DNA of 64,000 nucleotides from Polyangiales bacterium (GTDB lineage Bacteria; Myxococcota_A; Polyangia; Polyangiales; Polyangiaceae): NCBI GenBank assembly GCA_038231275.1, contig JBBRLQ010000008.1, positions 96,001 to 160,000 of the forward strand, read 5' to 3'. Shown piece by piece: positions 61,456 to 64,000 of this stretch (position 1 is its first letter; each line of letters starts with the position of its first letter). The notes under the pieces were generated by a model. It saw only the letters and a program-made list of their open reading frames with translations, ran no database searches and was not told where the DNA came from. The position numbers and the translations under genes were made by a program.

Positions 61456-62283
61456 TCAATCGATTTCGACGAGGATGGCTGTGATGTTGTCCTTGCCGCC
61501 GCGCTCGTTCGCGAGGTCGATGAAGCGCTGTACCGCGAGCTCGCCGCCGAGGCGCACGATCGGGCAGATGTCGAGCTCGCGCAGGTAGCCGTGGAGGCCG
61601 TCACTGCACAGGAGGAAGCGATCGCCGGAGAAGAGCTGCACGAGGCCGGTGTCGACCTGCACGTAGTCGCGGTTGCCGACGGCGCGCGTGATGACGTTGC
61701 GGTGCGGAGACTTCTTCGCCTCCTGCGGCGTGATGAGGCCCTGTTTGAGCTGCCACGCGATGAGCGTGTGGTCCTCGGTGAGCTGTTCGACTTCGGCGCC
61801 GCGGATGCGGTAGATACGGCTGTCGCCGACCTGGGCGGTGATGGCGTACTCGCCGAGGACGAGCATCGCGCTGATGGTCGTGCCCATGCCGCTCTTGCCG
61901 CGGTCCATCTCGGCCATCGAAAAGACCATGTAGGTGGCGGCCTGGACCGCGCTCTCCATGAGGCGACACGCGTTGCGCACGTCGTCCTCCTGGACGGGAT
62001 CCTCGAGCTCGTGAAGGTTGGCGATGCCGCGCTTCACCATGCCGAAGACGGTCTCGACCGCCTCCTGGCTCGCGACTTCTCCTGCAGCGTGGCCCCCCAT
62101 TCCGTCGGCGACGACGTAGAGGCCGAGCATGTCGTCGAGGTAGAACGCGTCCTCGTTCGTCTGGCGCTTGCGCCCGAGATCGCTGAGCCCCGTCCCCGTG
62201 CGTCGCAGGGGGGGCGGCGCCGGCTCCGAGGACATCGGCATCGGTCGGCCGCGGGGCGGCCGGGTCGAGTTGGGGGTGCTCAC
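61456..62283 (-). CDS. PP2C/PPM-family Ser/Thr protein phosphatase
   Basis: SDLGRKR..NED, VADGMGGH..GEVAS, MGTT, VGDSR, LCSDGL, GGKDNIT. GTG 62283 follows GAGG. Confidence 0.93.
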   Translation of the reverse strand: MSTPNSTRPPRGRPMPMSSEPAPPPLRRTGTGLSDLGRKRQTNEDAFYLDDMLGLYVVADGMGGHAAGEVASQEAVETVFGMVKRGIANLHELEDPVQEDDVRNACRLMESAVQAATYMVFSMAEMDRGKSGMGTTISAMLVLGEYAITAQVGDSRIYRIRGAEVEQLTEDHTLIAWQLKQGLITPQEAKKSPHRNVITRAVGNRDYVQVDTGLVQLFSGDRFLLCSDGLHGYLRELDICPIVRLGGELAVQRFIDLANERGGKDNITAILVEID

Positions 62284-62435
62284 GGACCTCTTGGGCTTAG
62301 CATAATCGAGAGTTTGCACGCGGGGACGACGAAGTTGGCGAAGAGCTCCCGCGCGCACTTCGTTCGCAGGCGCTCGTGTAGGGAAACGGCAAATTGTTGC
62401 GAGTTTTTGCGCGAAGGCTGGGGTAGCGTGGCTGC

Positions 62436-64000
62436 GTGAACGCACCTCAGGTGGGGAGGCGGCCCACGCAGGCCGCGAGGCTGCTGCGACGCGGGCGAGG
62501 GATCGGCGGGGCGGACATCGCGCTCGCGGTGCTCGTCGTGTCGGTCGTCGCGATGATGATCGTGCCGTTGCCGACGTGGCTGCTCGACATTCTCCTCGCG
62601 ACGAACCTCTCGATGGCGGTCGCCATTCTGCTCGTCGTCCTCTACGTCCCGGACGCGCTCGCGATCGCGACGTTCCCGACCGTGCTGTTGCTCACGACGT
62701 TGTTCCGGCTCGCCCTGAACGTGTCGTCGGTGCGCCTCATCTTGCTTCAAGCGGACGCGGGGCAGGTCATCTACGCGTTCGGCAATTTCGTCGTGCGCGG
62801 CAACTACGTCGTCGGCGCCGTCATTTTCTTGATCCTGACGATCATCCAGTTCGTCGTCATCGCGAAGGGCTCCGAGCGCGTCGCCGAGGTGGCCGCGCGC
62901 TTCGTGCTCGACGCGATGCCCGGCAAGCAGATGGCGATCGACGCGGAGCTGCGGTCGGGGACCATCGATGGCGGCGAGGCCCGGCGGCGGCGGCGATCTC
63001 TCTCGCGCGAGAGTCAGTTCTACGGCGCGATGGATGGCGCGATGAAGTTCGTGAAGGGGGACGTGATCGCGTCGCTCATCATCACGGTCATCAACATCTT
63101 GGGCGGCCTCGCGATCGGCGTAGGGCAGAAGGGCCTGCCGGTCGTCGACGCCCTCAAGCGCTACGGCCTCCTCACGATCGGCGACGGGCTCGTGTCGCAG
63201 ATCCCCGCGTTGATCTTGTCGACGGCGGCCGGCGTGCTCGTCACGCGAACGGCGAGCGAAGAGCCCGACACCCCGCTCGGCGAGGAGCTCGCGCGGCACC
63301 TCTTCGGCATTCCGCGCGCGCTGCGGGTCGCGTCGGTGTTCATCTTCGGCCTGGCGCTCGTGCCGGGCTTGCCGACCTGGCCGTTCCTCGTCCTCGCGGT
63401 GCTCCTTTTCTGGGCGGCGCAGTCGCGCGCGAAGCAGCTCGCGCGCGAGGGGGAGCGGCAGGAGACCGAGCCGGCCGCGCAGCCGCAGACCAAGAAGGGC
63501 CCGCATTTCGTGCCGCTCGTCGTGCCGTGGAGCGTGGAGGTGAGCGACGATCTCGAGCCGCTGCTCGATCGCCTGGACGACGCGGGCGAAGCGGACGGAA
63601 TCCGCGCGCGCGTGCTCGGTCTGCGCGAGCGACTCTTCGGCGAGCTTGGCGTTCCTCTCCCCTCCCCTCGCGTCCGCGCCGCGGCTGCGGGTGCGCTGCC
63701 CGCGCGTCACGTCGTCCTCGCGCTGCACGAGGTGCCGGCGCGCGTGCTCGCGATCCCCAAGGAGCTCCCGGACGCGCAGGTCGCGCTCTATGTCGAGGCG
63801 GAGGCGGCGGAGCTCCTGCGCGCGCGCGCAGCGGACTTCCTCGGCCTCGCGGAGACGCAACGCTTGCTCGACGAGCTCGAGCAGTTCGCGCCGGCGACCG
63901 TACGCAACGTCGTGCCCAAGCCGGTGACTCTGACGCTGCTCGCCGACGTGCTTCGCCGCCTGCTGGAAGAGCGGATCCCGGTCCGCGATCTGAAGGCGAT
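62436..64000 (+). CDS. sctV: Type III secretion export gate protein SctV (LcrD/FlhA family), 3'-partial; absent from the ORF track
   Basis: Own translation: MMIVPLP..LLD, FPTVLLLTTLFRLALNVSS, KGSERVAEVAARF.LDAMPGKQMAIDAEL, ESQFYGAMDGAMKFVKGD (non-flagellar-type signature). Confidence 0.92.
   Translation, partial: MNAPQVGRRPTQAARLLRRGRGIGGADIALAVLVVSVVAMMIVPLPTWLLDILLATNLSMAVAILLVVLYVPDALAIATFPTVLLLTTLFRLALNVSSVRLILLQADAGQVIYAFGNFVVRGNYVVGAVIFLILTIIQFVVIAKGSERVAEVAARFVLDAMPGKQMAIDAELRSGTIDGGEARRRRRSLSRESQFYGAMDGAMKFVKGDVIASLIITVINILGGLAIGVGQKGLPVVDALKRYGLLTIGDGLVSQIPALILSTAAGVLVTRTASEEPDTPLGEELARHLFGIPRALRVASVFIFGLALVPGLPTWPFLVLAVLLFWAAQSRAKQLAREGERQETEPAAQPQTKKGPHFVPLVVPWSVEVSDDLEPLLDRLDDAGEADGIRARVLGLRERLFGELGVPLPSPRVRAAAAGALPARHVVLALHEVPARVLAIPKELPDAQVALYVEAEAAELLRARAADFLGLAETQRLLDELEQFAPATVRNVVPKPVTLTLLADVLRRLLEERIPVRDLKA

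Noticed and set aside
62387-62400. CGGCAAATTGTTGC as a sigma-54 promoter for sctV
   Set aside because: Spacing is 9 nt; a TAGCGT -10 element fits the start better.
62280-63860. 526-aa minus-strand ORF
   Set aside because: Antisense shadow of the plus-strand sctV.
62436-64000. Calling the gene flagellar flhA
   Set aside because: ESQFYGAMDGAMKFVKGD resembles non-flagellar SctV rather than the FlhA EADFYGAMDGASKFV pattern, and no flagellar genes are seen.

Overview
Very GC-rich, gene-dense chromosomal segment. Gene content (Hanks-type kinases, FHA/sigma-54 activator, PEGA proteins, many Cys-rich lipoproteins, myxobacterial-type pilin locus) suggests a myxobacterium, probably Polyangiales-like; this taxonomy is inferred. 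About 52 CDS are supportable. Most long ORFs in the supplied track are opposite-strand or off-frame shadows. Housekeeping genes: pyrC-carA, rimO, nagZ-hutI, a nucleoside-type ABC transporter, ddl and a PP2C phosphatase. The most notable structures are: (1) a glutathionylspermidine-synthetase-like ATP-grasp ligase coupled to a lipoprotein with a GGFGG/poly-Gly tail, flanked by two 2OG-Fe(II) oxygenases and a di-iron enzyme (7.9-13.0 kb); (2) two paralogous copies, about 39 kb apart, of a cassette of Cys-rich propeller lipoprotein, Ser/Thr kinase ending in CKPPY...CL, and a PEGA-like partner ending in G-x-F, which looks like a trans-envelope signalling module; (3) a type IV pilin locus (PilR, four pilin-like genes, PilG-like) with a Hanks kinase where PilS is expected, interrupted by a GT-C/GT2/flippase glycosylation cassette carrying a radical-SAM enzyme and a methyltransferase-like gene; (4) a T3SS SctV, missed by the ORF track, that appears to lack subdomain SD2; (5) repeated leaderless-type promoters. 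No rRNA, tRNA, CRISPR array or transposase was recognised. All assignments come from reading motifs by eye; no database search was run.
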